Below, one piece after another: positions 1 to 12,880 of a stretch of 64,000 bases of DNA (position 1 is its first letter; every line of letters begins with the position of its first letter). The notes beneath the pieces were generated by a model. The model searched no databases. It was given only the letters and a program-made list of their open reading frames with translations, and was not told the origin of the DNA. This stretch comes from Mobula hypostoma (Eukaryota). The position numbers and the translations under genes are program-made. Where the stretch lies: positions 12,524,001 to 12,588,000 of the forward strand of contig NC_086108.1 of assembly GCF_963921235.1 (NCBI RefSeq), read 5' to 3'.

Positions 1-218
1 GACCATGGAAATCAAGATGAAGGCAGAAAAATTAAACGGTATCTTGTACCAATCTCAATTATAGAAGAACAAGCAACACAGCAGAAATAACCATAAATTA
101 AGAATTAATAGGGATAAACATAGGAATATTATACTCACCAGGGCAATGGATCTGAAAAATTCAAAGGATTCAAAGAACATTTATTACCAAAGAGAGTATG
201 CAGTGTACAACTCTGGAT

Positions 219-425
219 TAGAAACATAGAAACATAGAAAACCTACAGCACAATACAGACCCTTCGGCCCACAAAACTGTGCTGAACATGTCCTTACCTT
301 AGAACTACTTAGGCTTACCCACAGCCCTCTATTTTTCTAAGCTCCATGTACCTACCCAGGAGTCTCTTAAAAGACCCTATCGTTTCCACCTCCACCACTG
401 CCACCGGCAGCCCATTCCACGCACG
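219..425 (-). mobile_element. CR1-type LINE 3' end fragment
   Basis: (AGAAACAT)n tail on plus strand followed by 3' UTR-like CCCTTCGGCCC sequence. Confidence 0.6.
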
Positions 426-1249
426 ATTCATCTTCTCCACAAAAAGCCATGAAACAGGAAGAAACATGGAACCGACTTGTCAAAGAAAAAAATCATCAAA
501 CATCAATTCAACCCTCACCCATGGACAAAAAAAAATTCATGCAAACAGCAACAAAAAAATGAGAGAAAACACAGGATATAAAACATAGATCAAAAGGCAT
601 ATTCAGTTTCTTATCTGCAGGCCACCCCGCTCAAACTAGTAACAGAAAAAGTAGCAACCAGAAAGCAGAAGCAGACCATAATATGAACTACAGAGTTCAA
701 TCTACAAACCGCATCAATTAAATCTTGCGCCGGTACCATCCTCCGACAGCATTGAGAGATCATTTGAACGCTGGGGCCTTCACCTCAGAGCAGTGAGCAA
801 GAGGGAGGAAAAGAGAGAGGCTGTTATATGCAGAATCCTTCTCTGGCAGCGGTGGGTGAGAAGCTGGTAGACAGCGCTGAACACTTGCTCACCCTCTATG
901 CCCACCTCAATGATTTCAATCTTTCTTGGCGCTTCAGTCTTTGAGACTGGTGAGAGATGGAGTTGGTCATAGTCTTGTGTCCCGGCTCCTGACTTTCCGG
1001 CCCCTGTGCCATGCACTTCACTCACAGTCTTGTGGATCCCTTTAAGAAACAGCAAATTGCCAGATTGTTGGAGCTTCTGTTTGGGATTATTAAAGAATTG
1101 GCAGTAAGATAGTTGATAGATTGGCTATCATCTAAAACTGCCCAGATTCAGGGAAGTTTCCAATAGATTGGAAAGTAGTAAATATAACAGCTGTATTCAG
1201 AAACAGAAAGACAGAAAGCTGGAGACTACAAATCCATTAGATCTATATC

Positions 1250-1630
1250 AGTCCTGCAATTCTGATTGAAAAAATCCAGAACCTGGGCCTCTATACCTTC
1301 CTCTGCAATTAGATCCTCAGCTTCTTAACCAGAAGACTACAGACTGTGCAGATTGGAAATAACATCTCCACCTTGCTGATAATCAATACTGGCACACCTC
1401 AAGGATGTGTGCTTAGCACATTGTTTTATTTTCTCTGCACTCATGATTGTAAGACACAACTATTATCGGCAGAGTTCAGATGGTGACGAGAGGATGTACA
1501 GAACGAGAAATATCAGCTAGGTGAGTGGTGTCACAGCAATAACCTTGCACTCAACATCAGTAAGGCCGAAGAACTGATTGCAGACTTCAGACAAAGTAAG
1601 ATGAGGGGATGCACATCTGTCCTCATCAAC
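1250..1630 (+). mobile_element. Rex1/Babar-like LINE RT fragment (degenerate)
   Basis: Similar to the RT region at 14680-15050 (CNWILNFLT-like and GAPQGCVLS-like codons). Confidence 0.55.
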
Positions 1631-1719
1631 AGGTCCAGATCTGCTCACGATACTTCAAGTGAGGCCTCAGCAGTCTCTTTAGTATTGTGAGCTGTTTTTG
1701 GACCCGTTAACTAAGAAAC

Positions 1720-2220
1720 TATGACTTTGGAGAGGGTTGAAAGGAGGTTCACAAACAACGATTGAAAGGCTTGTCATATGAGGAGCATTTGGTGGTTCTA
1801 GGGCCTCTATTCACTGGAATTCAGAAGAATGAGGGGTGACCTCATTTAAACATGTTGAATGTTGAAAGGCCTCAATAAAGTGGATCTGGAGAGGATGTCA
1901 CCTGTGACGGGGAAGTCTAAGACCCGAGGAAACAGCCTCACAGTGGAGGGGCATCCTTTTAGAACGTGAGGCAATGAAGAGGAACTTCTTTAGCCAGAGG
2001 GTGGCGAATCTGTGGAATGTGTTGCCACAGCCGGCTGTGGAGGCCAAGTCATTGGGTATATTTAAGGAAGAGGTTAATAGATTCTTGATTAGTCAGAGCA
2101 TGAAGGGATATAGGGAGAAGGCAGGCAATTGGGGATGAGAGGAAAATTGGATCAGCCATGATGAAATGGCAGAGAACAATCATTTCTGCTCCTATATCTT
2201 GTGATCTTATGGTCTTATAA
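1720..2220 (+). mobile_element. CR1 LINE 3' fragment (degenerate)
   Basis: RT C-terminal GLYSLEFRRMRGDLI-like codons and 3' UTR; similar to 15978-16335 and 58345-58790. Confidence 0.75.
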
Positions 2221-2232
2221 AGCTTCGATATA

Positions 2233-2750
2233 TCATAGAAACATAGAAACATAGAAAATAGGTGCAGGAGTAGGCCATTCGGCCCTTCGAGCCTGCACCG
2301 CCATTTATTATGATCATGGCTGATCATCCAACTCAGAACCCCGCCCCAGCCTTCCCTCCATACCCCCTGACCCCCGTAGCCACAAGGGCCATATCTAACT
2401 CCCTCTTAAATATAGCCAATGAACTGGCCTCAACTGTTTCCTGTGGCAGAGAATTCCACAGATTCACCACTCTCTGTGTGAAGAAGTTTTTCCTAATCTC
2501 GGTCCTAAAAGGCTTCCCCTCTATCCTCAAACTGTGACCCCTCGTTCTGGACTTCCCCAACATCGGGAACAATCTTCCTGCATCTAGCCTGTCCAACCCC
2601 TTTAGGATCTTATACGTTTCAATCAGATCCCCCCTCAATCTTCTAAATTCCAACGAGTACAAGCCCAATTCATCCAGTCTTTCTTCATATGAAAGTCCCG
2701 CCATCCCAGGAATCAATCTGGTGAACCTTCTTTGTACTCCCTCTATATCC
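2233..2750 (-). mobile_element. Young 5'-truncated CR1 LINE (ORF2 C-terminus 2333-2750, 3' UTR, tail)
   Basis: IEGVQRRFTRLIPGM...RRLRGDLIETYKIL...NFFTQRVVNLWNSLP; (TTCTATGT)n tail; nearly identical to 54240-54744. Confidence 0.92.
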
Positions 2751-2948
2751 TTGCTCAAACCTCAAACAATTAAACTCTTCAGCTGTATCTCCCGTTAGCT
2801 ATTCCATAAAGTGGAGTCAACAAACAAAGTCAGCTGAAAAAAACGCTACCAAATGGACAAAATACTCTGGATGCCAGTAATCTTAAAAAGAACAGAAAAT
2901 GCTGGAAATTTGCATTATTCTAGTAGTGCATAGATTTAATGTTTAGAT

Positions 2949-3027
2949 CGGGGGTTTCCAACCTGGAGTGCATGGGCCCCTTGATTAATGGTATTTGTCC
3001 AGGGCATAAAAAAATTGGGAACCCATG
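2949..3027. mobile_element. Small hAT-Charlie-like MITE
   Basis: Imperfect TIRs CGGGGGTTTCCAA / TTGGGAACCCATG; flanks GTTTAGAT and GTTTAGGG resemble an 8-bp TSD. Confidence 0.45.
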
Positions 3028-3350
3028 GTTTAGGGCAAATCCAATGAAATGTCATGAATCTGAAACTTACTCTGCTTGGCCCACTGGCCACTTCAAATAT
3101 ATTCTATTTTTACCTTTTAAACTAGTTTACATTCAAAACTAATTGTGCAGTGTGCAGTCACTATCGAACACCACCACAGTGTGAGATGGTGTTTTTGCAG
3201 TGAACAGCAGGAAGGACGAATAGCTTCAGAATTAAATGATCAGAGTGTGCCAGCTGTTTATCGAATTATCGAAGAAATTGGGAAAATTTTTGCAAGTAAT
3301 TTTCTTCACAGCAACTTTCCTTACTTTCAGAAAGATCCTTCAGAGGATAG

Positions 3351-4075
3351 TCTCTCTCTCTCTCTCTCTCACACATATTCATTCTCTCTTCCTCTCTTTC
3401 ACCCATTCTCTCTCTCAGACACGCATTCTCTCTCTCACTCATCTTTATCTCTCTCTCGTTCTCTCTCTCATTCTCCCTCTCTCTCACTTACTTTTTCTCT
3501 TTCTCACTCACTTTCTCTCTTTCTCTCACTCTCACTCATTCACTCTCATTATTTTACTGTCTCTCTTTCTCTCTCTCCCTCTCTGTTTATTTTCTCTCAC
3601 ACAGACACCCATTTTCTCTCTCACTCACTTTAGCTCTCTCTCATTCTCTCTCTCATTCTCTCTCTCTCCTTCTCTCTCTCTTTTTCATTTTCTCACTCAC
3701 ATTCTCTCTCCCTCACTCATTCTCTCACTCTCATGCATCCTCTCTCTCTTTCTCTGTCCCCCTCTATCTCTTTGTCTCCCTCTCTCTCTCGCTCTCTCTC
3801 TTACTCACACACTCTCTCATACACTCTCCCTCTCTCATTCTCTCTCTCACATATCTCTCTTTCTCACTCATTCTCTCTCTCCCTTTCTCACTCATTTTCT
3901 CTCTCTACCTCTCCCTTTCTTACTCATTCTCTCTCTCTCTACCTCTCTCTCACTCATTCTCTATCTCTTTCTCCCTCATTCTCTCTCTACCTCTTTCTCA
4001 CTCATTCTCTCTCTCTACCTCTCTCTCTCACACATTCTCTACCTCTCCCTCTCATTCTCTCTCTCTCCCTCTTTC
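3351..4075. repeat. Degenerate (CT)n / CTCA low-complexity tract
   Basis: Almost purely pyrimidine plus strand; explains the spurious S/L-rich ORFs. Confidence 0.95.
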
Positions 4076-4534
4076 TGAACCACAGGATATTGACATTTGA
4101 CACAGTGACCTTTAACATCAGAGGATTGAGATCACATCCAGCAGTGGAATGGGAAGATTCCGTATATTTTCTTTGTTATCCTTGTCTCCTTATAATGAGT
4201 CAGAGACGAGCCTCATGCTTTGGTAAAGCACTTACTGCACAGCCAGCAGATCTCCAGGCAACCTTTATGCCTGGTCGCTACTGCATCCTTCTCTGCAACA
4301 GGTTTTCCTCTGCGGATCCTGCCTTCCCACCATTCCAACTACCCAATCTCCTCAAAACCCTCCTCAGTGACCTTCCTCCCCAACAGAGTCTGAAACTCTC
4401 CCTCCATCCACCCCACCTTATCTCACCATTGCCTCCAGTCCCTGGTGGTGACACATAGGCACCCTGGCAGTTAAGAGCAATCTTTTGTGTTTGCCTTCAA
4501 TCTCTCTTTTGAGACCTCTGCCATGACAGTCTTT

Positions 4535-4815
4535 TTTATATTTTATTGAGATACGCCGCATAATAGGCCTTTCGAGCCGTGTCGCCCAACTATCCACCAG
4601 TTTAATCCTCGCCTAATCAGGGGATAATTTACAATGACTAACTAACATACCAACCAGTACACCTGTGGACTGTGGGGGGAAGCTGGAGCACCCGAAGGAA
4701 ACACGTGGTCTCGGGGGAGAACATGCAAACTCCTTACAAGCAGTGGCAGGAACTGAACCCCGGTTACCTGTACTGTAAAGCGTTGTGCTGACCACTCCAC
4801 TACCATGCTGCCCGA
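4535..4815 (-). mobile_element. tRNA-derived V-SINE (HE1-like)
   Basis: Reverse-complement homolog of 11537-11825, including the V-domain-like GGGTGCTCCAGCTTCCCCCCACAGTCC. Confidence 0.7.
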
Positions 4816-5409
4816 GGATGGTCTGAGACCAATTCAATTGCTAATACTACTGGATATGCAAAGGCTATGGGACCAACATTATCCAGCTGAAGTGCTGAAG
4901 ATCTGCTGAATGTGCTCCAGGCAAGACTTTCTCTTCTCTCTCCTCTTCCGTACAAAAGGTAAAAAGACTTGAAAGTACATACCACCAAGATCAAGGACAG
5001 CTTCTACCCTGCTATTATAAAACTATTGAATGGTTGCCTTGTCTATTGTCTGTCTGTACTGCAATGCTCGGTAGATGCATTCTGTTACCTTGTACTACCA
5101 CAATGCACCCTGTAATGATTTGAGCTGTATGCAAGGCAAGCTTTTCACTATACCCCAGTACAGAGGACAATAATAAAGCAATTTCAATTCTGGTTCAAGT
5201 CATAACACTGACATCTAACAGAATCAATTATTATTCCATCACATTCTGATGGAATTGGCAGATTTGTGTCAAGTTTGCGGATGATGCAAAGATAGGTGGA
5301 GAGGCAGGTGGTGTTGAGGAAGCAGGGAGTCCGCAGATTAGGAGAATGGGCAAAGAGGTGGCAGTTTCGGGAAGTGTATGGTCTTGTACTTTGGTGGGAG
5401 GTTACGTAC

Positions 5410-5755
5410 CATATCTGCTTAAATTGCACATCATGTGCCGTACATAACAAAATCACTATAAGTTACAAAAAGAAATATTAATAAAACAATTAAGTAGTGC
5501 AAAACCAGGACAAAATACTGAGGTAGTGTTCATGGGATTATTGCCCATTCAGAAATCTGTTCCTGAATCACTGAGGCTCCTGTACCTCCTCCCTGAGGTA
5601 GCAATGAGAAGACAGCATGTTCCAGATGGTGAGGGTCCTTCATGATGGATGGTGCCTTCTTCAGACGTTCACCTTTGACTATGTCCTCAAAAATAGGGAG
5701 GATAGTGCCCATCATGGAAATGGCTGAGTTTACAATCCTCTGCAGCTTGTCCCAA
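5410..5755 (-). mobile_element. Rex1/Babar-like LINE 3' fragment
   Basis: ERLKKAPSIMKDPHH...FSLLP motif, shared with 8660-9400. Confidence 0.55.
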
Positions 5756-6129
5756 TTTGGTTGGACTTCTGGTCAAGATTGCATCTGCATGCAACACTAC
5801 CATGGTTGGCATCTTCTGGATAGACCATGAAACCATATATGTCACTTCTTTCCTGTCTTTTACACTTGTTTCTCATTTTGAATGTGATTCTGGAACTGTT
5901 GGAGCGTGTTTGAGTGTTTCAACGCACTGCAACCTCCAAGAGGATTGAGGGAGACAGAGGCAGCCGACGCGAACCCCTGGCAAGAAGGCTGTGAGACGGC
6001 TGTGTGGCTCGAGCTGACATTCAACTCCATTTCGCTGATTAAAGCTTCCATTGTTCGCTGATTAAAGTGATGAGGGAGATGGAAACATCAAGGTGAATGG
6101 GGAAGGTGAGTCCCTGCTGCCTGCCTTTT

Positions 6130-6510
6130 AATTGCTGGTGGGATCGCTCTACTGCCAGAGAGGGGAGACTGTTTTTGAGCACTGGTGGGATCACTCTGCT
6201 GCCAGAGAGGAGAGAATGTTTTTGATCACTGGTGAGGTTATTCTACTGCCAGAGAGGGGAGACTGTTTTTGATCACTGGTGGGATCACTCTACTGCCAGA
6301 GAGGAGAGAATGTTTTTGATCACTGGTGGGGTTATTCTACTGCCAGAGAGGGGAGACTGTTTTTGATCACTGGTGGGATCACTCTACTGCCAGAGAGGAG
6401 AGAATGTTTTTGATCACTGGTGGGATCGCTCTGCTGCCAGAGAGGGGAGACTGCTTTTGATCGCTGGTGGGTTTGCTCTACTGCTAGAGAGGGGAGACTG
6501 ATTTTTGATC
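6130..6510. repeat. 47-bp minisatellite, about 8 copies
   Basis: GATCACTGG recurs at 6271, 6318, 6365 and 6412. Confidence 0.9.
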
Positions 6511-8136
6511 GGGTCAGAGAAGGAAGGGCCTGCTGTTGTTCCTGGAGAATTTTACCCAGGTTTTCTGTGTTTTGGATATGGACTTGGACTGTGGACTTTT
6601 TTTTCATTCTTATGGTTTTTTATATTCTGTGTTTTTCACCTGATCTTTCTGGATGTGTTTTGCGCGGGGAATTGGGATTTGGGGATTAATGTGCCTATTG
6701 CAGTTTTGTTTGGGTTTTTTTGCATAGGGAGGAGAGTTTTTGGGATTGATGATCATGCTGCCATTCTTTTCTTTCTTGGCTATCTGGAGAAGAATTTAAG
6801 AGTTATATACTTTGACAATAAGTTAACTTTTGAACCTTTGGACTACACCTGGTGGAACGATGTGGAAGCTTTAGAGAGAGTGCAGTGGAGATCTACCAGG
6901 ATTAGAGTGTAAGTCTTATAAGGAAAGGCTGATCAAGCTGGGGCTTTACTCTTTAGAGCAAAGGAAAGTGACAGGTGACTTGCTAGAGGTAAAAAGAATA
7001 TGAGAGGCATTGACAGAGTGGAGAGCTAGGACTTTTTATTCACAGCTGGAATTGCTAATAAGACAGGGCATAATTGGAGGTTCATTCATTTGTTTGTTTG
7101 TCCATACATTCATTCTTCCATTGTGCAATGATAAGAACCACTCGAGTCATCCACGATTTGTAAGGGCTGGACTGGCTGGAGAGGCCAACCATGCTGGAAA
7201 AGTTCTTTAATAGTGTGAACAAAAGATGGCAGCCATGTAGGATTGGGGATCACTGGCTTGGGCCTTCCTGGCCAAACTACACTTCTCTGCTGTAATTGTA
7301 CTTTCTCCCTCATATGCACTGCCCCCTCATGGAGGGAGGAATGCCACTCAACACAATCCTAGGTGATATATTCCCGTGTATCTGGGATGAAGCCAAAGTC
7401 TTTTCAAAGTCAAAGTCAAGATACGTTTATTATCAAAGTATGTATACAGCATTTAACTGTGAGATTTGTCCTCTCACAGGCAGCCATGAAACAAAGATAC
7501 ACAGCATTCAAGGAAACATCAAACACCCAATGTGCGAAAGAAGAACCACCTGAACAAATGGCAAAAAGTGAGCGAATAACACGTGGAATATCAAACATCA
7601 AACCAGGCAACCATGAGCATTCAGCTTTGCTCAGTTCAGTGTGGCACCACTAGCTGATGCTGATCACAGGGCCATTCTTCGCCAAAATGCCCCAGTCCAC
7701 ATCAACCGCCCAGATCAAACCAGTCAAAAACAGCAAAAATAGAGTAACCAGAACCCAGGATTACATGCAGCATGAGCCTCAAAGTTCCCCAAAATAAGTC
7801 CACAGCCATATCAATCAATCTTGGCAACGCGGATCCCAGAGACACAACAGCTAGCAGGAAGGAGAGGAAGGCCAGTCAAACACAGGCAGGTGGCGCTGAA
7901 GAGCCCGTCCTCTGCTCTTGCCCTTGTCAACTTCAACCTTGCTCAGTGTCTCAATGGGACAAAAGATCATGGGTGATCATGTCTCCAACCTTCCAGGCCT
8001 CCAGGCCGCATGCTCCATTCCTAACGTCACCAAACTCTGTCGGAGACTGCAAAACGCCAAATCTCTTAATCAGTCCAAAAACACACCATCAAAATTTAAG
8101 TCACATGCTTCAATCACATGCAGCTTAGTAGTAGAA

Positions 8137-8400
8137 TCATGCTTGAAAGAAGTAGTTTTGTGAACTATCTGCAGGATGTCGCCGTTGGTCATGTAGTTCG
8201 TCGGTGCCATTTTTCACAGATAGTGAAGGTGCAAGGGTGTCTTTATAGAATTTTCTTTGGCCTTCACAGGAATGCTTTCCTTTCTGTAGTTCTCTGTAAA
8301 GTAGTCTCTTAGACGATGGTTTGCCATACGAGCTAAGTGGCCTGCCCAGCATAACTGAGACTGCTTCAGGACAACGTAAATACTGAGGTAACACCCTGGT
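8137..8400 (-). mobile_element. RTE-clade LINE ORF C-terminal remnant
   Basis: SKRLLYRELQKGKHSCEGQRKFYKDTL resembles the RTE C-terminal motif PK.LLYGEL..GKR..GGQ.KR.KD.L. Confidence 0.55.
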
Positions 8401-8659
8401 TTACATTTTCACTGCTCTTCCATAGGTATTCCATTTTAGCAGTTCTATAAGAACTGTTTGTTCTGCCTTCAGCATGTTTGGGTCTGAGCTAGAGATGAGG
8501 GGTTGGGATATTCATGCTTAGGAGTGTAGTGTCATCTAATCAGGATGGTGGAATTGGGAGACAGTCTCGGCTAAGGTTGGTGGAACATCCAGTGCTTCAC
8601 AAGCAAGTACTCGGGGCAGGTGATTGACGGTTTCGTAGTCATAGTCAAAGGGCGACTCT

Positions 8660-8762
8660 GAATCAAGTTTAATATCATTGGCACGTGTCGTGAATTTTGG
8701 TTGTTACATGGCAACAGTACTTTGCAATACATAATAATAAAATCTGTGAACTATAGTAAGTG

Positions 8763-8799
<37 letters not shown>

Positions 8800-9400
8800 A
8801 TTTAAAAAGTTAAATAAACAGTGCAAAAAGAGAAAAGAAGTAATGAGGTATTGTACATGGCATCAATGTCCATTCAGAAATCAGATTGCAGAGGGGAAGA
8901 ATCACTGAGTCTGTGCTTTCCGGCTCCTGTACCTCCTTCCTGATGGTAGCAATGAGAACAGGGCATGTCCTGGGTGATGGGGGTCCTTAATGATGGATGC
9001 TGCCTTTTTGAGGCATTGCTCCTTGAAGAGGTTCTAGTTACTATGGAGGCTAGTGGCCATGATGGAGCTGACTGAGTTTACAACTTTCTGCAGCTTATTT
9101 TGATCTTGTGTAGCAGCTCTCCTCACCTCCCTCCCCCACCATACCAGAGGGTGATTCAACCAGCTAGGATACTCTCTGCGGCACATCTGTAAAAATTTGT
9201 GAGTGTCTTTGGTGACATTGCAAATCCCCTTAAACTCCTAATGAAATATAACCACTGCCGTGCCCTCTTTGTAACTGCATTGATATGTTGGATCCAGGAG
9301 AGATCCTCAGAGATGATGACACCTGGGAACCTGAAATTGCTCACTCTCTCCACCCCTGATCACTCGATCAGGACTGATATATGTTTCTTCATCCTACCTT
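8660..9400 (-). mobile_element. Rex1/Babar-like LINE 3' part with a TA/TG microsatellite (8763-8800)
   Basis: ERVSNFRFPGVIISEDLSW...ARQWLYFIRSLR...LTNFYRCAAESIL RT C-terminus. Confidence 0.75.
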
Positions 9401-9977
9401 TTCTAGAGTCCAGAATCAGAAGAACAGTGTTAAAGTCCTCAGTCCACCTATGAAGAATTTTCCCTTTGTCCATTATCAGCATGTTCTCATCAGCACTGAG
9501 GAGAGGGGAGGACCCTGATTATGTGGGGCCATAGACTTCTTTTAGGGCAGCGAAGAGGTTCTTTAAATACATGATTGTGTGGGTTGTGAACACAAATGGT
9601 ACATTTCACTGTATATTTTGATGTGCATACAATTAATAAATCTGAATCTGAGATCACATCTACCTCTCGCCCAAAACCCACCACTGGGACTGTCTGGGCA
9701 GAACCATCGTTTCCATCTGCTCCTGAGTCACCACACTTACTTCTTCTTACCTTGTCTCTGTTATCTGGTCTACCCCCAAGACCTCAGAACACCTCCACCA
9801 CTTCCAGAGTTTCTGTTTTCCAGTTGCCATTTTTACCATGGATGTATGATCACCATCTCACACCAGCATGCTCTGCAGACTTTTTGGGGTTTTTTTGTGA
9901 ACAGAGATCCCACCACCGACACTCCCTACACCTACATCACCACCCCCAACCTGCATATCTCCATCAGCTCACTCACT

Positions 9978-10163
9978 AACACACAAAATGCTGTAGGAAC
10001 ACAGCAGGCCAGGCAGTATCCGTGCAAAGGAGTATAGTTGACATTTCAGGCAGAAACCCTTCACCAGTCCTGCGGAAGAGTCACAGCCTGAACTGTTGAC
10101 TGTTCACTCTTTTCCACTGATGCTGCCTGGCCTGCCGAGTTCCTCCAGCATTTTGTGTGTGTT
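9978..10163. mobile_element. Palindromic (foldback) derivative of a Penelope-like terminal repeat
   Basis: ACACACAAAATGCTG..CAGCAGGCCAGGCAG arm mirrored by CTGCCTGGCCTGC..CAGCATTTTGTGTGT; the same sequence caps the GIY-YIG remnants at 21078 and 55494. Confidence 0.75.
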
Positions 10164-11536
10164 TCTTCTAAACCTTTAACTCAACTCCTCTCCCCACAGA
10201 TTCTGAACCTTTACCTCGACCTCTCTCCCCACAGATTCTGACCAACCTGCTGAGTAGCCCCAGCGTTTACCATCTTTACTGTGAGTGTGGACATTGATAG
10301 GCACCGCCATCTTCGCAAGTAAAGTGGCTGTAACACTACAACTGCTCTCACAGCTAAACTAGCATTCAATATTAAAGTCAGAAAATCTTTACCAATGAAA
10401 AAAGCACAATGTAAAATAGTGTAGGCATTTTAATAAAGATTTCAAATTCAGACCATTTTTTATCCCTGTTTAAGTCAGTAATGGACAATTGGAAATAACT
10501 GAGTGTGTGTGTGTGTTGGCAGATTCACCATTGTGTTATTAATCTTGTGCAGTGTAGCTGGAAGATGCATAGGTAAACACAGGGAGAGGGCGATGGAGCA
10601 TGTGATCTTGAAATCAGATTTGCAGAACTGCGACACAGTCAGAATCAGAATCAGGTTTAATAACACCAGCATATGTCGTGAAATTTGTTAACTTTGTGGC
10701 AGTATTACAATGCAGTACATAAAAATAAAAAAGGTGAATCACAGTAAGTATATATACGTATATATTCAATAGTTAAACTCAGTAAGTAGTGCTTATGAGA
10801 GTGAATGAGCAGGCAGTCGGGTAACCCGTGCCTATCCCTGCCCATCCTAGCATCTCACCAGTCTGCTGCGGGACCGTGACAAATGTGTCTTGGATCAGAC
10901 GTGCTGCACATTAGTGAAGCATATTCCCACCTCTGAGCCAAACGGTGCCACGCGCTCCACAGAAATGTCAAACCAGGGTTCAAACTGCTACGCTCAAGTG
11001 CGTTATTTACAAAGCACAACACCACCAGCAGACAAAGTCCACCTGTGCTCTGGACCTTTCGGCCAGGACTGGGGTTGTGTTTTTCTCACTGGCGTGTCAC
11101 ACGCAGAGCAACCCTGCGTCACCCAGCAAGGCCGGTGTGTGTGCACGGCGAGGTGCTGGGAGCAGCAAGAACAGAGCAACACTGCAGAAGCCTTGCAGTC
11201 AGTGGACCAGGCAGACCACAGGAGAGAAAAGTGATACAGGAACCCAGGTAGACAGGATCATGCGATGCCAGCGGTGAGAGGAGTGTCTCTGAGCTCAGAC
11301 CAGCCCACCTACTTAAAGAGCGAGGCTCATAAAAATCTCAGTTGCTTCTCTCCCAGGGCCTCTTGTATGAATTCAAGTGAAACTGTTTCCATTTGTGTAT
11401 TAATGAAAGTCCTTTGGGCTTCTTCCATCCTGTCAGCCCACGAGATGATATTCATTGTTAGTAATGAGTTTACCTCTGTGCATTGCAGGGAATTGAAAGG
11501 GCTGGAGATGAGAACATTCGGTGTGACAGGAGGAGG

Positions 11537-11825
11537 GAGGCACAGTAGCGTAGTGGTTAGCACAACGCTTTACAGTACCAGCAAACCGCGTTCAATTCCC
11601 GCCGCTGCCTGTAAGGAGTCTGTACGTTCTCCCCGTGACCACGTGGGTTTCCTCCGGGTGCTCCGGTTTCCTCCCACAGTCCAAAGACCTACCAGTTGGT
11701 GGGTTAATTGGTCATTGTAAATTATCCAGTGATTAGGCTTAGATACATTTGCAGGATTGCCGAGCGACACGGCTCGAAGGGCCAGAAGAGCTTATTCCAC
11801 GCTATATCTCAATAAATAAATATAT
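11537..11825 (+). mobile_element. tRNA-derived V-SINE (HE1-like)
   Basis: A-box TAGCGTAGTGG, B-box GTTCAATTCCC, V-domain GGGTTTCCTCCGGGTGCTCCGGTTTCCTCCCACAGTCCAAAGAC, A/T-rich tail. Confidence 0.8.
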
Positions 11826-12279
11826 TTAAGAAAGAGAGTCATCTCAGTATCTAAATATTTCCTGCTCCATTCCCTTCTTTGTTTGGTGTCTGGTTTATAA
11901 GCCCATAAGATATAGGAGCAGAATTAGGCCATTTGGCCCATCAAATCTGCTGTGCCATTCCATCATGGCTGATCCATTTCCCTCTCAACCCCAGTCTCCT
12001 GCCTTGTGCCCATATCCTTTCATGCTCTGACTAATGAAGAGATTTATGTGCATGAGACACCGGCGTGGGCTTGGCATTCTGCCATACTGAGAGAGAGCTT
12101 CCCAACAACTGGATAGGGATAATGGATTAACATGAGTTCCTTGCATTTTCCAAGCACCAGTATCCATTGGGTAGCAGGAGACACCAGGGGAACATTATGG
12201 TGATATGTTTACCCAGCAATCACTGCAATAGTGAAAGGCCTTTCTGAAACAACACCATTGACACCAATGGATCTCAACC

Positions 12280-12880
12280 TCTTAACATCTTGTACAACTC
12301 TATGAAGTCACTTCTCAGCCTCCTTTGCTCCAAAGAGAAAATCCCTAGCTCTCTCAGCCTATCCTGATAAGACATGCTCTCTAATCTTGACAAATCTCCT
12401 CGACACCCCCTCTAAAGCTTTCACATCCTTCCTATAATAAGGTGACCAGAACTGGATACAATATTCCAAGTGTGATCTAATCAGGGTTTTTAAGAGTTGC
12501 AACATTACCTTACATCTTTTGAACTCAGTCCCCCAACTAATGAAGATAAATACACCGTACACCTTCTTAACCAACCTTCCAGCCCCCAGGATCCCTCTGT
12601 TCCTCTACACTGCAAAGAATCCTGGCCCTTCTAGCTCTCCTAAATTAATTCTGAAGTTCCTTCCTGGCTACTTTATAACTCTCTAGAGCCCTGCCTGATC
12701 CGTGCTTCATAAACACTAAGTAAGCTTCTTTCTTCCTCTTGTCCAGATGTTCTATATCTCTTCTCAACCATGGTTCTTTCACCCTACCATCCTTTCTCTG
12801 CCTCAGCCGGCCAAATATATCCAGCACCCCATGCAAGAGTTCGCAAAACAACCTCCACATTTCTGTTGAACAGTTCCCTC
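12280..12880 (-). mobile_element. Degenerate CR1 ORF2 fragments
   Basis: LIRSHLEYCIQFWSPYYRKDV and EPWLRRDIEHL..RKKEAY motifs. Confidence 0.75.

Noticed and set aside
3145..4458. Ser/Leu-rich and ER-repeat ORFs
   Set aside because: Products of the (CT)n tract.
9156..9353. Host enzyme gene fragment
   Set aside because: Matches the C-terminal part of Rex1/Babar-like LINE ORFs seen several times in the window.
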